Of a DNA stretch of 26,977 bases, positions 25,021 to 26,977 are shown one piece after another. A program made the position numbers and the translations under genes. The notes beneath the pieces are model-generated. The model saw only the letters and a list, made by a program, of their open reading frames with translations, did not search any database and had not been told where the DNA came from. Position 1 is the first letter of the stretch. The number at the start of each line of letters is the position of its first letter. Origin of the DNA: Bdellovibrionales bacterium (GTDB lineage: Bacteria; Bdellovibrionota; Bdellovibrionia; Bdellovibrionales; JAGQZY01); contig JANPLN010000032.1 of the NCBI GenBank assembly GCA_031426555.1, positions 1 to 26,977 of the forward strand, read 5' to 3'.

Positions 25021-26622
25021 ATGAAGATTTTCATCTTAGGTATTACAGCATTCTTTTTAATTACGAGCACCTCTGCGTACGCAAAGGAACCATCGTCATC
25101 CACCGTGATGGTGAGCTTGACTGGCGACCCGCAAGTGCGGGATCTGCCAGATACGTCTCTTCAAGATCAAATCAACGAACAGTCTAAACGAAACATTCTC
25201 CTGCAAAAGCAAAACAAACTCGATGCTCGCTCGCAAAAAGAACTTTCTGGTAAGGCTCGCCTTTATTACAACAAGGGCCGCGAAATTTTTAAAACCGGAA
25301 AATACACAGAAGCGCAAAAATATTTCGAAAAAGCCATTTCATTAGATGCGTCGGTGGATCAGTACTACCATGAGTTTGCGATCACGCTTTTTAAAAATAA
25401 CAATTACCGCCGCTCCCTTGCCTTACTGGCGAATCTCGACGGCGCCGATGTGAATCAAGTCGAAGTTGATTACTATTCCGGTCTCAATTTATTTAAATTA
25501 AACCAAACAGACTACGCACTTAAAAAGTTTAAATCCACGCAGGACGCAGAGGATCCAACTCTCTCTCCCCTCGCTGCCATGTACGCCGGCATCACTTATG
25601 CTCAGTTAGAGAAGTACAAAGAAGCTAAAGAGTCCTTTCAGCTCATTCTGGATACTTCAAAAGATCCCGACCTGGACAACAAAGCGGAATCCTATATCGA
25701 AAGTATCGAACGCTATGAAAGTTATCTTAAAGAATCCAAAAAGAAGTGGGCCTACTCGCTGTTTGCAGGGACGTCCTACGATGAAAACGTTCTCAACGTG
25801 GCTGCAAACAACGTTTCGACAGGTACGGAGGCCTATCGCTTTCTCTTCGGTGGCTCGCTGTCGTACAAAGCTCTCTACTCGCAAAAAATGTCGTGGATCC
25901 CAGTGCTTTCGGCCTCCGATATTTATAGTTTTGATAAAGACTTCCAATCCGAGGCAACCATTCAAGGAACTGATCCCCTACAGTGGGATCTCTCAGCTCC
26001 TTTGCGATTCTATCTCTCAAAATTTACCTTGTCCCTCACACCTGGTTACCAACAGCTTTATATGAGTCTTGGTGAGAGCACTCGCGGGCTGACCTTCAGT
26101 TCGGCTTTCTTGCGCTCCATGATTTCCATTTCTCATTTCGAAAAACTGTACACCGATTACAAATTGGATTTCTCAAGCGACACCTCGCACATCACAGTTA
26201 CTAGTGCTGCCGACGACCAATCGGCCCATAAGATCACTGTAGGCCTGACTAATACGTATCTGATGAATGAGAAAGGTTCGAAAACGCTTTTTAGTGATTT
26301 GTACTACGTCATGAACACTGCCGACGGAGACAACAACACCTACAACAAATCGCTGTTAAACATTGGATATAGCCGACCGCTAAACGATCTCTGGATTCTT
26401 TATTCTAAACTTGAGTATTTCCGCCAGGACTTTTCCGACTCCAGCTCGGGTCGCCTCGACAATAATATTTCCGCCTCGTTGGGAGGTTATTACTCGTGGT
26501 CCGAGCGATCCACGCTGTCGCTGTCTTTGATTTACATGGACAACAGCTCCTCTGTGTCGTTCTTCTCCTACGACAAGTTCGCGGTGACCGCGATATGGAG
26601 CTTTAATAGTGGGTTCTTCTAG
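25021..26622 (+). CDS. TPR-containing outer-membrane beta-barrel protein (Slam/DUF560-like architecture)
   Basis: Signal peptide, N-terminal TPR repeats, C-terminal amphipathic beta strands starting YSLFAGTSYDENV, terminal aromatic (FF). Confidence 0.75.
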   Translation: MKIFILGITAFFLITSTSAYAKEPSSSTVMVSLTGDPQVRDLPDTSLQDQINEQSKRNILLQKQNKLDARSQKELSGKARLYYNKGREIFKTGKYTEAQKYFEKAISLDASVDQYYHEFAITLFKNNNYRRSLALLANLDGADVNQVEVDYYSGLNLFKLNQTDYALKKFKSTQDAEDPTLSPLAAMYAGITYAQLEKYKEAKESFQLILDTSKDPDLDNKAESYIESIERYESYLKESKKKWAYSLFAGTSYDENVLNVAANNVSTGTEAYRFLFGGSLSYKALYSQKMSWIPVLSASDIYSFDKDFQSEATIQGTDPLQWDLSAPLRFYLSKFTLSLTPGYQQLYMSLGESTRGLTFSSAFLRSMISISHFEKLYTDYKLDFSSDTSHITVTSAADDQSAHKITVGLTNTYLMNEKGSKTLFSDLYYVMNTADGDNNTYNKSLLNIGYSRPLNDLWILYSKLEYFRQDFSDSSSGRLDNNISASLGGYYSWSERSTLSLSLIYMDNSSSVSFFSYDKFAVTAIWSFNSGFF

Positions 26623-26738
26623 GGCGCTGCGGTTTTTCTCGCGAGCGCGTGTTTTACTGTCGTAGCGACAGTATGGGGGTCTTCGATGATCTGTATCCAT
26701 TCCTGCGCAGTCTTCTGGTCAAACTTTTTGTCGTCCAT
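26619..26738 (-). pseudogene. 39-aa micro-ORF or 5' gene remnant (MDDKKFDQKTAQEWIQIIEDPHTVATTVKHALARKTAAP)
   Basis: Translated by hand; preceded by GTGACG-N17-TAGACT with the -10 box 6 nt before ATG; reads into a hairpin repeat. Confidence 0.4.
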
Positions 26739-26859
26739 TCCAGGAGTCTAGCAAATGCCCTGACTGTCGTCACTTGCAGACTTTTGCTTCGACGAGTTAT
26801 TGGATAGATATTTGCAATGTGAAGATTCGTTCAAATGCCGCTACGGCAGTAGGTGGAAC

Positions 26860-26977
26860 AAGAATTAAGAATTAAGAATTAAGAATTAAGAATTAAGAAT
26901 TAAGAATTAAGAATTAAGAATTAAGAATTAAGAATTAAGAATTAAGAATTAAGAATTAAGAATTAAGAATTAAGAAT
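26860..26977. repeat. Perfect heptamer tandem repeat (AAGAATT)n: 16 full copies plus a partial copy, running off the window end
   Basis: Directly visible; TAA stops in all six frames. Confidence 0.98.

Noticed and set aside
26860..26977. Terminal repeat as a CRISPR array or coding repeat
   Set aside because: No spacers, a 7-nt unit, no cas genes, and stops in all frames

Overview
This 27-kb window is gene-dense bacterial chromosome with about 29 plausible CDS. I see no rRNA, tRNA, CRISPR array, integrase or transposase. Gene content suggests a Bdellovibrionota (predatory bacterium) genome; this is an inference, not a database result. Recognisable housekeeping genes are hslO, putA, acs, an FAH-family hydrolase, two histidine phosphatases, an OmpR-type two-component pair, a GNAT and a DMT protein. 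Mixed in are envelope or secreted proteins: a matrixin lipoprotein, a RoxA-like diheme cytochrome c, a DUF4105/Lnb-like protein, an M15/extensin-like Zn peptidase, an SLT lipoprotein overlapping a membrane PilZ gene, and a FecR-domain gene followed by a TPR/beta-barrel gene. The notable non-coding signals are: (i) recurring sigma28-like promoters and a consistent pattern of a -10 box 6-7 nt before ATG, suggesting leaderless mRNAs; (ii) a candidate GGGG(A)-repeat sRNA or G-quadruplex downstream of acs; (iii) a palindromic operator over the -35 of a MerC-domain gene; (iv) REP-like palindromes after putA; (v) at the right end, inverted hairpin repeats around a promoter plus micro-ORF, followed by a perfect (AAGAATT)n array that runs off the window. 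All product calls rest on motif recognition by eye.
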